From assembly GCA_964016345.1 (NCBI GenBank), contig CAXHFM010000001.1, forward strand, positions 1-50,290: a stretch of DNA of 50,290 bases. Reading direction: 5' to 3'. A program made the translations under genes and the position numbers. This document shows positions 18,762 to 27,449 of the stretch, piece by piece (the stretch's first letter is position 1; the number at the start of each line of letters is the position of its first letter). Origin of the DNA: an uncultured Candidatus Poseidoniales archaeon. GTDB lineage: Archaea; Thermoplasmatota; Poseidoniia; Poseidoniales; Thalassarchaeaceae. The notes beneath the pieces were generated by a model. It ran no database searches and was not told the DNA's origin. It was given only the letters and a program-made list of their open reading frames with translations.

Positions 18762-19304
18762 ATGCAGGGTGTGCGAAGACTGGCTATGACTGGAACTCCT
18801 GGAACCGGCAAGAGTAGTGTATGCGAACTGTTCGATAGCGGTAAATTTGAGGTAGTCACGGTTGAGGAGCTTGCTGTAGAACACGAATGTATTGAAGAAG
18901 TTGATATCAGTGATGGAGCCCGTCCTATCGATATCGATATGCTCTCAAATATACTCGAAAAATTATGGATTGAGCCCCCTCAAAAATTGACTTTTATTGA
19001 TGGCCATCTCTCACACTTGTTACCAGTGGACGGTGTTATTGTACTCCGTTGTAAACCCGATATACTTCGTAGACGTATGAATGAACGTGGATATGATGGG
19101 ACTAAGTCTGATTCCAATGTGGAATGGGAATTAATTGGAGGCTCATGGAATGAATATCACTCCGCGGTTCCATGGACTGAGTTTGATACCTCGGAAAACT
19201 CCACTGAGTCAATTGTTAAATTGATACTGGCGTGGATATCAGATGGCTTCAAGCCTAAGACCCCCGACACGGGAATAGACTGGATAGAAGAGGAGGTAGC
19301 CTAA
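18762..19304 (+). CDS. Fap7/AK6-like archaeal adenylate kinase-type NTPase
   Basis: P-loop GTPGTGKSS. The later IDGHLSHL..VIVLRCKPDILRRRMNERGY pattern is typical of archaeal Fap7-like kinases. Confidence 0.75.
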   Translation: MQGVRRLAMTGTPGTGKSSVCELFDSGKFEVVTVEELAVEHECIEEVDISDGARPIDIDMLSNILEKLWIEPPQKLTFIDGHLSHLLPVDGVIVLRCKPDILRRRMNERGYDGTKSDSNVEWELIGGSWNEYHSAVPWTEFDTSENSTESIVKLILAWISDGFKPKTPDTGIDWIEEEVA

Positions 19305-19978
19305 TGTTCGAAAAAATGAGGGAAAGATGGACCAAGGCGATACAACCACTTGTGGTGAGAATGGGCGGTTTAGACCCTAACGTGTTAACATGGACGAGTT
19401 TGGGGCTAGCTATCTCCTCATTCTATCTGCTTTCACAGGCTAAAAATGACTCAACTGGAGCCACTTGGATTATCGGAGGAGTTTTCATTATCCTAATCGC
19501 GGGCATCCTAGACGCCCTAGATGGAGCTTTAGCGAGACATCAAGGAACAGATGGAGCATATGGTGACTTCCTAGATCATACAATTGACAGAGTGGTGGAT
19601 GTCGGATTACTGGTTGCCATAGGGATGAATTCCAATTTTGTTGATGATTACAGCACTGGTCTACTAGCAGGACTGCTGACACTATTCGGATCATATATGG
19701 GCACTCAGGCACAGTCAGTAGGACTCGGGAGGATCTACGGAGGATTCTCGAGGGCCGATAGGATGGTTCTTACAATTCTGGCCTTAATTATGGCATCTTG
19801 GCAGGCATATACAGGATCGGCTGGAATATCTGTAGATTCATTGCCCTGGATAATGGAAGTACTCAATCTAGGAAATAGTGAGCTAAACGGTATGACATTC
19901 GCTCTGGCCATATCTGCATGGGGCGGCGTTTACACATTCTTGGTTAGGTTCATCAAGACTCGTGCTCAGTTGCTCTGA
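19304..19978 (+). CDS. CDP-alcohol phosphatidyltransferase family protein (archaeal polar-lipid head-group synthase)
   Basis: Signature D-x2-DG-x2-AR-x8-G-x3-D-x3-D, seen as DALDGALARHQGTDGAYGDFLDHTIDRVVD. Multi-TM protein. TAATG 1-nt overlap with the upstream gene. Confidence 0.85.
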   Translation: MFEKMRERWTKAIQPLVVRMGGLDPNVLTWTSLGLAISSFYLLSQAKNDSTGATWIIGGVFIILIAGILDALDGALARHQGTDGAYGDFLDHTIDRVVDVGLLVAIGMNSNFVDDYSTGLLAGLLTLFGSYMGTQAQSVGLGRIYGGFSRADRMVLTILALIMASWQAYTGSAGISVDSLPWIMEVLNLGNSELNGMTFALAISAWGGVYTFLVRFIKTRAQLL

Positions 19979-19984
19979 CGGCAA

Positions 19985-21184
19985 ATGCGGACGCCTGAGC
20001 AAATGGTGACATACTGTGTATCATTTGGGGTAATGGTTATCCTCTGTAATACATGCCTAGGCCTCGTGAAGCATCTCATCAACAGAGTTTTGGAGCTTGA
20101 TGAAGAGTCTGAGTTGCCCACTGGACGAATAGATACAGAGAGTGACCCAGAGCTACAGAGCCTACTAATGTCTTTACAGCCAAAGATCAGAGTATTCGGT
20201 TGTGGTGGGTGTGGTTCCAACACTGTGGCGAGACTAGAGCACGAGGATCTGTTTGATGATGACTACGTCAGAGGAATAGCCGTGAACACTGATGCACAGC
20301 ACTTGTTACGAGTTGCCGTTCAAAATAAGATTCTGATCGGGAGATCAGCGCGAGGCAGGGGCGCTGGAGGAGATCCCGAAAAAGGAGAGCAGGCCGCCTA
20401 CGAGTCCGAGAGAGCGTTGAAGGCAGAGATCGAAGCATGTGATCTGGCATTCATCACAGCCGGGCTCGGAGGTGGCACTGGGACTGGCAGTGCTCACGTC
20501 GTAGCTAGGCTGGCCCGAGCCGCTGGAGCATTGACTATTGCAGTGGTTAGCTATCCATTCCTTTCCGAGGGAGCATTAAGGAGGCAGAATGCCGAGTGGG
20601 GGCTTGAGAGGCTCCGAGAGGTTTGTGACACCGTTGTAGTTCTTCCAAATGAGAGATTACTAGAGGTTGACGGCGTCAGGGAGTTACCACTAGATGCAGC
20701 CTTCAGAGTAGCGGATGAGCTACTCATGCGAAGTATAAAGGGAGTGTCTGAGATGATTGCAAAGGAAGGAGTTGTCAATCTCGACTTCCAAGACCTCCGA
20801 TCTGTTATGGAGAATGGGGGAGGAGTCGCGATGATTGGCCTTGGGGAGGCCCGAGGAGAAGGAATGGCGGCAGCGGCTACCGAGGAGGCCTTGCAATCTC
20901 CACTGCTAGATATTGACGTATCAGATGCAAGAGGTGCTTTGGTTAATGTTGTCGGAGGACCGAGTCTCTCACTGGGGGATGCCGAATCCTGTGCCAAGAT
21001 AATAAGGGACAAAATCAATCCATATGCGAGGATAATTTGGGGAGCGACAACAGATCCGAACATGGGGGATGGGATTAGAGTACTGCTAGTTCTGACAGGA
21101 GTCAAGAGCGAGCAGATCCATGGTGCCGCATTGCATACTCAGATGAGGAATCTGAGGAGCAGGACCGTGGAGTTCATCGGATAG
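19985..21184 (+). CDS. ftsZ: Cell-division GTPase FtsZ
   Basis: GCGGCGSN (T1 loop) and the tubulin signature GLGGGTGTGSA. The first 27 codons of the longest ORF are hydrophobic and Cys-rich. An in-frame GTG at 20066 (MKHLINRVLELDEES...) is a plausible true start. Confidence 0.93.
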   Translation: MRTPEQMVTYCVSFGVMVILCNTCLGLVKHLINRVLELDEESELPTGRIDTESDPELQSLLMSLQPKIRVFGCGGCGSNTVARLEHEDLFDDDYVRGIAVNTDAQHLLRVAVQNKILIGRSARGRGAGGDPEKGEQAAYESERALKAEIEACDLAFITAGLGGGTGTGSAHVVARLARAAGALTIAVVSYPFLSEGALRRQNAEWGLERLREVCDTVVVLPNERLLEVDGVRELPLDAAFRVADELLMRSIKGVSEMIAKEGVVNLDFQDLRSVMENGGGVAMIGLGEARGEGMAAAATEEALQSPLLDIDVSDARGALVNVVGGPSLSLGDAESCAKIIRDKINPYARIIWGATTDPNMGDGIRVLLVLTGVKSEQIHGAALHTQMRNLRSRTVEFIG

Positions 21185-21264
21185 TCCCTATGGGCGCTTG
21201 GATGAGCTCATCCGCTGTGCTTAAATGAGGCTCGTCGGTCGGCAGACCGCTTTGAGGTTGAACT

Positions 21265-21528
21265 ATGGGTGTTGAGAGTTCCAATGTTGGTGTGGTAGAA
21301 GACACTTTACAAGGATGGCAGGATGGCATAGAGGGCAGGATTAAAAGCCTTCAAACTGGATCGTATGCTAGAATTTTGAAAATGGCCAGAAAGCCTTCGA
21401 AGCAAGAGTTTAGGCAGACAGTAATAGTTTGTGGAATCGGAATGCTTGTACTCGGGCTAATAGGATTCGTAATGCTTTGGGGTATGGACACTTTGTTGCC
21501 CGACTTCTTCAGCTGGTTAACTAACTAA
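21265..21528 (+). CDS. secE: Protein translocase subunit SecE / Sec61-gamma
   Basis: LKMARKPSKQEFRQTVIVCGIGMLVLGLIGFVMLW: a single C-terminal TM preceded by the conserved KP..EF motif. It occupies the canonical position upstream of spt5. Confidence 0.85.
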   Translation: MGVESSNVGVVEDTLQGWQDGIEGRIKSLQTGSYARILKMARKPSKQEFRQTVIVCGIGMLVLGLIGFVMLWGMDTLLPDFFSWLTN

Positions 21529-21541
21529 GGAGGGATGAGAT

Positions 21542-22441
21542 TTGTCAGATGCTTTTGTTGCCTATATCCGCCACGCAGAGAAAGTTCTACTGATGCAACG
21601 GGCTGACGAAGTATCAGACTTCGCTGGAGCATGGGATGGTGTGTACGGCGTAGGGGATTCTAACGACCTAGACTTAGTAGCCGCAAGAATCGAGGAGACT
21701 ACCGGAATTGCCGCCGAGAGTCTGACATTCATTAGGGCCGGTGACGCCAGGGGACTAGAATTCGGAAATCGTCTGAATGATGTCACTCCTCTTCTATTCC
21801 TCTGCGATACAGAAGAGGTTAATTCCAAAGGGCTTTACAAGAATCACAGCTGGGTCGATCCAGGTTACATCAATTGGGTAGAGCCGGATGACTCATCCGA
21901 AAGTAGGTCAACGAGATATATGGTTCCCCAACTTGGTAACATGTACGGTGACGTCGCATCATTCCTCTACATCCTCAAGACCAGCATGGGACAAGAACAG
22001 AATGTAGCAAGAGAAATAAGAGCTAGACTTTCTGGAACCGGTTCCCTACAAGACATACAGGACAAGATCTTCGGAGTGTTGAGCCCTAGCTATCTGAAGG
22101 GATTCATTTTTGTTGAAGCTACAGCTATCCATCATGTTGAGAAGCTGATAGGAAGAGTTGGAGTCTCGGCTACACCAATGAAGAACTGTCGAAAGGTCCT
22201 GGATGGAGAGTCTCCGCTTATGGACATACTACCGTATCTTGAGCCCAAGGCGGCAACCTCAGGAATAGAAGAGGGCAACATAGTTGAAATCCGTGGCGGT
22301 GCATTCAAGGGCGCTGCAGCCCGTGTGATCGGAGTAAGTGAGTCAAAGGAAGAAGTCACTGTGGAATTATTCGAAGCAGCCGTACCTGTAGCGCTCAATA
22401 TCAGGGCCGATCAGGTAAGAGTGACACAGAGAATGGAGTGA
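21542..22441 (+). CDS. spt5: Transcription elongation factor Spt5 (NusG) with an in-frame N-terminal Nudix-like domain
   Basis: C-terminal ~165 aa are NGN plus KOW (FLYILKTSMGQEQNVAREI...; GNIVEIRGGAFKGAAARVIGV). N-terminal ~130 aa follow a Nudix-fold pattern (KVLLMQRADEVSDFAGAWDGVYGVGDSNDLDLVAARIEETTGI). TTG start sits 8 nt after GGAGGG. There is no stop codon before the internal ATG at 21941. Confidence 0.85.
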   Translation: MSDAFVAYIRHAEKVLLMQRADEVSDFAGAWDGVYGVGDSNDLDLVAARIEETTGIAAESLTFIRAGDARGLEFGNRLNDVTPLLFLCDTEEVNSKGLYKNHSWVDPGYINWVEPDDSSESRSTRYMVPQLGNMYGDVASFLYILKTSMGQEQNVAREIRARLSGTGSLQDIQDKIFGVLSPSYLKGFIFVEATAIHHVEKLIGRVGVSATPMKNCRKVLDGESPLMDILPYLEPKAATSGIEEGNIVEIRGGAFKGAAARVIGVSESKEEVTVELFEAAVPVALNIRADQVRVTQRME

Positions 22442-22520
22442 GGCTTGGAGGAATCATCGATTTGCATCACTCTCAAATAGGAAAAGCAGGTCGGCGAAGT
22501 ACTCAGTAGGGGGATTTAGT

Positions 22521-22799
22521 ATGTCAGCACGCAATGAGACTCCCCACAAGATCATCCAATCGCTTGGTAAGAAAAAGTGCAATGGGTCATGGGAAGAGGC
22601 TACTGAGAACCTAACCATGGAACAGGTCAAGAAGCTGGCCGAAGATCAGAAGGACAGGTTGACCGGGGCAACTCTTTACGCTAGGTGCAGAGAAGTTATG
22701 GGAACCTGTGTTTCGATGCGAGTTAATGTCGAAGGGATGTCTCCTAAGGACGCCCTTAGTGCTATGAGCAAGGGGGATTTTGCCGAGCATTTCGCTTGA
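22521..22799 (+). CDS. rpl11: 50S ribosomal protein uL11, C-terminal (rRNA-binding) domain only
   Basis: ENLTMEQVKKLAEDQKDRLTGATLYARCREVMGTCVSMRVNVEGMSPKD matches the archaeal uL11 CTD (GNLTxEQV...GTCxSMGVTVEG). 92 aa against ~160 aa for normal uL11. An in-frame stop lies at 22422..22424, with no ATG/GTG/TTG between it and 22521. Confidence 0.85.
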   Translation: MSARNETPHKIIQSLGKKKCNGSWEEATENLTMEQVKKLAEDQKDRLTGATLYARCREVMGTCVSMRVNVEGMSPKDALSAMSKGDFAEHFA

Positions 22800-22821
22800 C
22801 AATCACGAGTTGCGGGAGAGG

Positions 22822-22827
22822 TTTTTT
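22822..22827 (+). terminator. Oligo-T tract (T6) in the rpl11-rpl1 spacer; possible partial archaeal terminator/attenuator
   Basis: gggagaggTTTTTTcctc read directly. It is followed by SD-like GGAGGTGG and the rpl1 ATG at 22855. Confidence 0.25.
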
Positions 22828-22854
22828 CCTCGTTGACCGCGGAGGTGGCTTAGA

Positions 22855-23499
22855 ATGAAAGAAAATATACAGACTGCTATTCAACAAGCCCTAGAGGGAT
22901 CTCCCGAGCGAAAGTTCGTAGAGTCAGTAGAAATTTCATTCACACTCATGGATGTTGATTTGAAGAATCCAGCAAACAGAATCCAAGAGGAAGTAAGACT
23001 CCCATCCGGCAGAGGTAAGCCTGTAAGGATTGCAATGTTTGCTGGTGGAGAGATGTCTGCTAAGGCAAGAGCCGCAGGATTAGATGTCATAGATCCAGTG
23101 ACAATTGAGGACATAGGAGGAAACCGTCAGCAGGCTAGAAAAATGGCAAATAAGTATGACTTTTTCCTATCAGAGATACCTCATATGGGCACTGTTGGTA
23201 GGTTCCTTGGAGTTGTTTTAGGGCCAAGAGGAAAGATGCCAAGGCCTGTACCACCGAATGTAGATCCTGCGATGATAGCAAATGGACTGAAGGATACCGC
23301 AGTCGTTAGATCTAGAGATAAAATCACATTCCATGCAGCACTTGGCTCCAGAGAGCAGGGCCTTGATGACTTGACTCTTAATGCAATGGCAATTTGGAAT
23401 AGAGTCATGAGCAGACTTGAGAGAGGTACAGGAAACATCAGATCTTGTTATGTCAAGACATCAATGGGCCCGTCATGCAAGGTCGAGGTGATTGCTTGA
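22855..23499 (+). CDS. rpl1: 50S ribosomal protein uL1
   Basis: FVESVEISFTL..., LPSGRGKPVRIAMFAGG, GPRGKMPRPV. 214 aa. Confidence 0.95.
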   Translation: MKENIQTAIQQALEGSPERKFVESVEISFTLMDVDLKNPANRIQEEVRLPSGRGKPVRIAMFAGGEMSAKARAAGLDVIDPVTIEDIGGNRQQARKMANKYDFFLSEIPHMGTVGRFLGVVLGPRGKMPRPVPPNVDPAMIANGLKDTAVVRSRDKITFHAALGSREQGLDDLTLNAMAIWNRVMSRLERGTGNIRSCYVKTSMGPSCKVEVIA

Positions 23500-24515
23500 T
23501 TCCCAAAGTAGCTGGCTGGAAGCCTGACCGCGTTGGTGAGCTGAAAGATATAGTTGGAAAGGAAGGGATTGTCGGAGTGGTAGATATCTCCGGAGTCCCG
23601 GCAAAGAACATGCTGGACATGCGAAGCTCTCTACGTGGCATGCTGACCATGACCATGGCCAAGAAGAGCTTGATTAGGTTGGCCTGGAAAGAGGCTGGCC
23701 TGTCTGAAGAGAATCTTGAGAAGTTACTTGAAGGGGCTATACAGCCATGTGTTGTACATACTGACTCACTCAATTGCTACGAATTATTCGATGAACTAGA
23801 AAAAACGAGGCAGGGTAGAGCGGCGAAGGAAGGAGAGATTGCTCCCGAGGACATAATAGTAGAAAAGGGGCCGACTGAGTTTGGCCCTGGTCCAATAGTA
23901 GGTGAATTCAATGCCGTTGGAATCCCTGCAAAGATAGACAAGGGCGCTGTTGCCATCCAAAAAACCGTCACTGTTGTGAACAAGGGGGACCCAATAGAGG
24001 GGGAGCTCGGTTTGATGCTTTCCAAACTAGGCATCAACCCGATAGAAATTGGCCTTATACTGATGGGGGTCATAGATGATGGGCAGGTTCTTTCCTCTTC
24101 CGAGCTAGATCTTGATACTGATGGGTTCAGGAATGACATAATCAAGGCTACTTCGGGCGCATTTAACCTGGCATGTAATATTCAGTGGTTCTCCGATGTC
24201 ACAATGCCAGCACTGTTATCTAAGGCCAGTAGCGAGGCTCTGTCCGTTGCCTTAGAGGCTGGAATAGTCAATGAGAAGACAGCTTCCGTCATAATTTCCC
24301 GTGCCAATGCGCACGCCATGGCTATAGCTAGCCAGTTAGATTCCTCAGCTCTGGACGAAGAGCTTGTCGCCGCACTGGGTGCGGTGGCGGTTTCATCCAG
24401 TGCTGGTGCCGTAGCCTCAGACGCGGCAGAGGATACAGCAACTGAAGCTGTTTCCGAGGAAGAGGAGGAAGAGGAGGAAGCTGGGTTCGGTGGACTTGGT
24501 GACCTCTTCGGATGA
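23445..24515 (+). CDS. rpl10: 50S ribosomal stalk protein uL10 (P0)
   Basis: [14 protein letters not shown]-terminus and C-terminal acidic tail [19 protein letters not shown]. The true start is probably TTG 23496 ([13 protein letters not shown]), overlapping the rpl1 stop as TTGA, rather than ATG 23445. Confidence 0.9.
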   Translation: MLCQDINGPVMQGRGDCLIPKVAGWKPDRVGELKDIVGKEGIVGVVDISGVPAKNMLDMRSSLRGMLTMTMAKKSLIRLAWKEAGLSEENLEKLLEGAIQPCVVHTDSLNCYELFDELEKTRQGRAAKEGEIAPEDIIVEKGPTEFGPGPIVGEFNAVGIPAKIDKGAVAIQKTVTVVNKGDPIEGELGLMLSKLGINPIEIGLILMGVIDDGQVLSSSELDLDTDGFRNDIIKATSGAFNLACNIQWFSDVTMPALLSKASSEALSVALEAGIVNEKTASVIISRANAHAMAIASQLDSSALDEELVAALGAVAVSSSAGAVASDAAEDTATEAVSEEEEEEEEAGFGGLGDLFG

Positions 24516-24531
24516 AAAAGAAGGTGAAAAA

Positions 24532-24840
24532 ATGGAATATGTATACGCTGCAATGCTACTGCACTCGGCCGAAAAAGAGATTGACGAGAATGGCGTTAGC
24601 GCTGTGCTAACCGCTGCCGGAGTGGATGCTGACGGCGCCCGTGTTAAGGCACTGGTCGCTTCGTTGGGATCCGTGGATATCGGGGAAGCTATGGCTACTG
24701 CCATAGCTGCACCCGTTGCTTCAGGTTCCGCACCTGCTGCCGCAGGAGGAGCCTCTGAAGCTCCTGCTGAGGCCGCAGTCGAAGAGGAGCCTGAGGAAGA
24801 AGATGGTGGCTTCGAAGGTCTCGGCTCGTTGTTTGGATAA
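24532..24840 (+). CDS. rpl12: 50S ribosomal stalk protein P1 (archaeal L12)
   Basis: [26 protein letters not shown]... with conserved tail [18 protein letters not shown] 24532 is preceded by GAAGGTGA. The ORF-track start at 24490 overlaps P0 and is unlikely. Confidence 0.9.
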   Translation: MEYVYAAMLLHSAEKEIDENGVSAVLTAAGVDADGARVKALVASLGSVDIGEAMATAIAAPVASGSAPAAAGGASEAPAEAAVEEEPEEEDGGFEGLGSLFG

Positions 24841-24902
24841 GCAGCATTTAATTGAACTGAATCGCGAAGGCGCTATGGGCGATAGCCTGTGAGCGATACC
24901 AT

Positions 24903-25346
24903 ATGCATTCTACCCGAGTACTGGAGATTCCGGTTTCCATCACCGTAACTGATGCAGTAAGGTACTTCAGAATCGCGTGTGAGAATCGGGGATGGTCCGG
25001 TTTTAGACTTGAAGAGTCGAGAGTGGTTCACCGATGGGCCATTATTATGCCAATAACCAATTCCGCAAGAGTTCTAGGAATGGAAATTGGAGAAGGTATT
25101 GCCGAAGGATTCTCTCTGAGAGCATGGAGCTACACTCCCGGCTCGGCCGGAAAAGTCACAATTGTATCTTTTGAGATTCCTGTATCAATAGACGGAGAGG
25201 AATGGCTTTCATTCCTTCGTGACTGGACTGATTCGTTACCGAGATGTCCCTGGAAATGGAGTTTCTGGGAGAGATCTATGATTGGATACTTCATTCCCGA
25301 ATTCAGGAAATCAAAGAGAGTTTTCTCTTCTGAAGGTTTATTCTAA
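24903..25346 (+). CDS. Hypothetical soluble protein (147 aa)
   Basis: Clean ORF with no motif I can recognise. It is followed by an oligo-T tract. Confidence 0.55.
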   Translation: MHSTRVLEIPVSITVTDAVRYFRIACENRGWSGFRLEESRVVHRWAIIMPITNSARVLGMEIGEGIAEGFSLRAWSYTPGSAGKVTIVSFEIPVSIDGEEWLSFLRDWTDSLPRCPWKWSFWERSMIGYFIPEFRKSKRVFSSEGLF

Positions 25347-25376
25347 GCCGAATAGATGATTGTAAGTGAAATCAGC

Positions 25377-25383
25377 TTTTTTT
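25377..25383 (+). terminator. Oligo-T (T7) archaeal-type terminator candidate
   Basis: cagcTTTTTTTaac, 31 nt downstream of the stop at 25346. Confidence 0.4.
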
Positions 25384-25430
25384 AACTGTGACCAGAGAGA
25401 GGATTTGAAAGAGATGCCGATTTTGTATGG

Positions 25431-26129
25431 TTGAGTAAGATGGTATTGGACATTCTTGACAGCCCAAGAAAAATCGGGATGGCGGCTGGTACAGTAGCTT
25501 TCATGTTCCTATTTCCACTGTATTTCGCCTGGATGCCCCTAGCGGATGAGGATCTAGTAGCTGGGGGGGTCTTTGGACAGGGCGAATGGGTAGTTAGCTT
25601 CAGTGAAAGTGAGTCTATTTTTGAAGAGTCAACGGTTTTGGAAGATGGAGACACTCACATGACCGAGTTCTTGGTTGGAATAGAAGATTTAGGAGATATG
25701 GAAATAGGTTTCATCGAGTTAATTATCCAGTGTAATGACAATGATGACCCGGGTCCGGGATTCTCGGATAATGTGGAAGGAGCCAGCGACCTGCTTGATG
25801 TCGAGGGGCACTCCTCAGGACATATTCAAGATCAGGATGCTGAAGGAACTTGTATGGGAGGAAATGGTGGCTTCACAATGAGATGGGATGTAACGACCAA
25901 CTACACTGGTGAGAGTTTCAGTATTGCATCATCCCAGAAAACGATATATGAGACTTGGAATGATAATGGGTATGGTATTGGAGTCTGGTCAGCCACCATT
26001 TACGCTGAAATTAACTCAGCCCCGGTAGTAGGAGGTTTTGTGGACTCTGACGAGGATTTTGACATTACTTGGAGAATGATTACCTATGAAATAGTAATAG
26101 AGGAATCGATGGCGGAGCCGGCTGAGTAG
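25431..26129 (+). CDS. Hypothetical N-terminally membrane-anchored acidic protein (232 aa)
   Basis: One TM segment (IGMAAGTVAFMFLFPLYFAWM) followed by an acidic, beta-rich-looking ectodomain. No recognisable family motif. Confidence 0.6.
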   Translation: MSKMVLDILDSPRKIGMAAGTVAFMFLFPLYFAWMPLADEDLVAGGVFGQGEWVVSFSESESIFEESTVLEDGDTHMTEFLVGIEDLGDMEIGFIELIIQCNDNDDPGPGFSDNVEGASDLLDVEGHSSGHIQDQDAEGTCMGGNGGFTMRWDVTTNYTGESFSIASSQKTIYETWNDNGYGIGVWSATIYAEINSAPVVGGFVDSDEDFDITWRMITYEIVIEESMAEPAE

Positions 26130-26133
26130 TTTA

Positions 26134-27426
26134 CTACTTGGAGTGTATCCTAATCACGTCGTTATCCATCACTTCATAGTCCGAGCCAATTACTCTTCCT
26201 GAGCGAGCATCAACTGCCTTGATGAATCCCTGTCCCAAATCAGTATGGACTTGAAAAGCCAATTCCTTAGCAGTAGTTCCAGCGCCTACTAGAAGAGCGT
26301 CTGGAAGTATTTTGCCGTCTCCATCAGTCCAATGGGTTTCATCCTGAACTGGATATGCAACTCTTCTTCCAAGGTTACCAAAGATAACCTCTCCAAGTAA
26401 TCCTAGTAGGCCTCCTCCCTCCCAATCTCTAAGAGATGATGAAATCGACTCGAGTGCGCTCCTCTGTTTTTCGGAAAGGCTTTTTTCACCTGACTCCGTG
26501 ATTTGAAATTCAAACTCTCCTGGTGTGTTTTCTATCAGTCCTGCACTAGAAGCCCTTCTTAGTGCAAGTTCGGCCTCTGCGCTTGTGGGAACTACAATTC
26601 CGCCGGACTCCGAAACAATTTTGTTTAGATCCGTCCAAGATTCTGTTGATACCTTGTCAGCCTTATTTGCGGCGACGAATATAGGGAATAGTTGTGTCCT
26701 AATAGCCGAGGCCAGGATTGTAATCTCATTTTCTGACCAGGTCCAGGGCATTCCCGCATCCGGATACGCTTCATTTACAGATGAGATACCCACACTGATG
26801 TGCCTCTCATTGGCACCGATTCCTGAGAGCCTGTCCAGAATGAAGTCATTCAGCCCTCTTTCTCCTTCTGCTTGAACTCTCCTAGCTCCCCTTTCCCATC
26901 CATTACTCAGTATCCCACTGATCCATGCATCTAACTCCGCAGTCAGAAATTTATATTCCTCAATAGGGTTAGATCCCCCGGAACCAACAGGATTTCCCTC
27001 GATATCGGTCGATCCAGAGGCATCTATGACCTGGATCAGAGCATCGCATCTTGCTAAGTCTGAGAGAAACTGATTCCCTCTCCCTCTTCCCTTGTGTGCG
27101 CCGGGGACAAGCCCCGCCACATCGATCATTGTAACTGGGACTAGCCTAGTATATCCTGTACATCCACCGGAGTTGGGAGTACATATGCTTCCTTTGCGTG
27201 GATCTCCCTCACTCACGCTCTCTAGCCTTCCTTCTCGTTCTCTCTTTCGCCTGAGCTCAAAGCAGGCACATGGATGTCTTAGTGGAAGCCATGCGATACC
27301 GACGTTAGGATCTATGGTGGTAAACGGGTAGTTTGCAATCTCTACAGGAGTCTCTGTAAGTGCAGAGAATGAAGTAGATTTGCCGACATTGGGCTTTCCT
27401 ACTAGTCCTATTCGCATGGATATCAT
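26134..27426 (-). CDS. OBG-family GTPase (YchF/OLA1-DRG-like) with C-terminal TGS domain
   Basis: G1 GKPNVGKST, G2 region YPFTTIDPNVG, G3 DVAGLV. C-terminal TGS-like FQVHTDLGQGFIKAVDARSGRVIGSDYEVMDNDVIRI. Confidence 0.88.
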   Translation of the reverse strand: MISMRIGLVGKPNVGKSTSFSALTETPVEIANYPFTTIDPNVGIAWLPLRHPCACFELRRKREREGRLESVSEGDPRKGSICTPNSGGCTGYTRLVPVTMIDVAGLVPGAHKGRGRGNQFLSDLARCDALIQVIDASGSTDIEGNPVGSGGSNPIEEYKFLTAELDAWISGILSNGWERGARRVQAEGERGLNDFILDRLSGIGANERHISVGISSVNEAYPDAGMPWTWSENEITILASAIRTQLFPIFVAANKADKVSTESWTDLNKIVSESGGIVVPTSAEAELALRRASSAGLIENTPGEFEFQITESGEKSLSEKQRSALESISSSLRDWEGGGLLGLLGEVIFGNLGRRVAYPVQDETHWTDGDGKILPDALLVGAGTTAKELAFQVHTDLGQGFIKAVDARSGRVIGSDYEVMDNDVIRIHSK

Positions 27427-27449
27427 TCCACGGAGTGGGCCTTATGTCC

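Noticed and set aside
22800-22854. L1 autoregulatory mRNA structure in the rpl11-rpl1 spacer
   Set aside because: Only a 4-5 bp potential stem (GAGG/CCTC) around a T6 tract. I cannot match it to the 23S L1-binding fold by eye. It is kept only as a low-confidence oligo-T feature.
23445-23499. 55-nt coding overlap between rpl1 and the P0 gene; also the 24490..24515 overlap of P0 and P1
   Set aside because: These are most likely ORF-track start over-extension. TTG 23496 (TTGA overlap) and ATG 24532 (with SD) give N-termini that match conserved P0 and P1 starts.
24455-24480. GAG/GAA trinucleotide repeat
   Set aside because: It encodes the conserved poly-Glu hinge of the P0 C-terminal tail. It is a normal feature of stalk proteins, not a repeat element.
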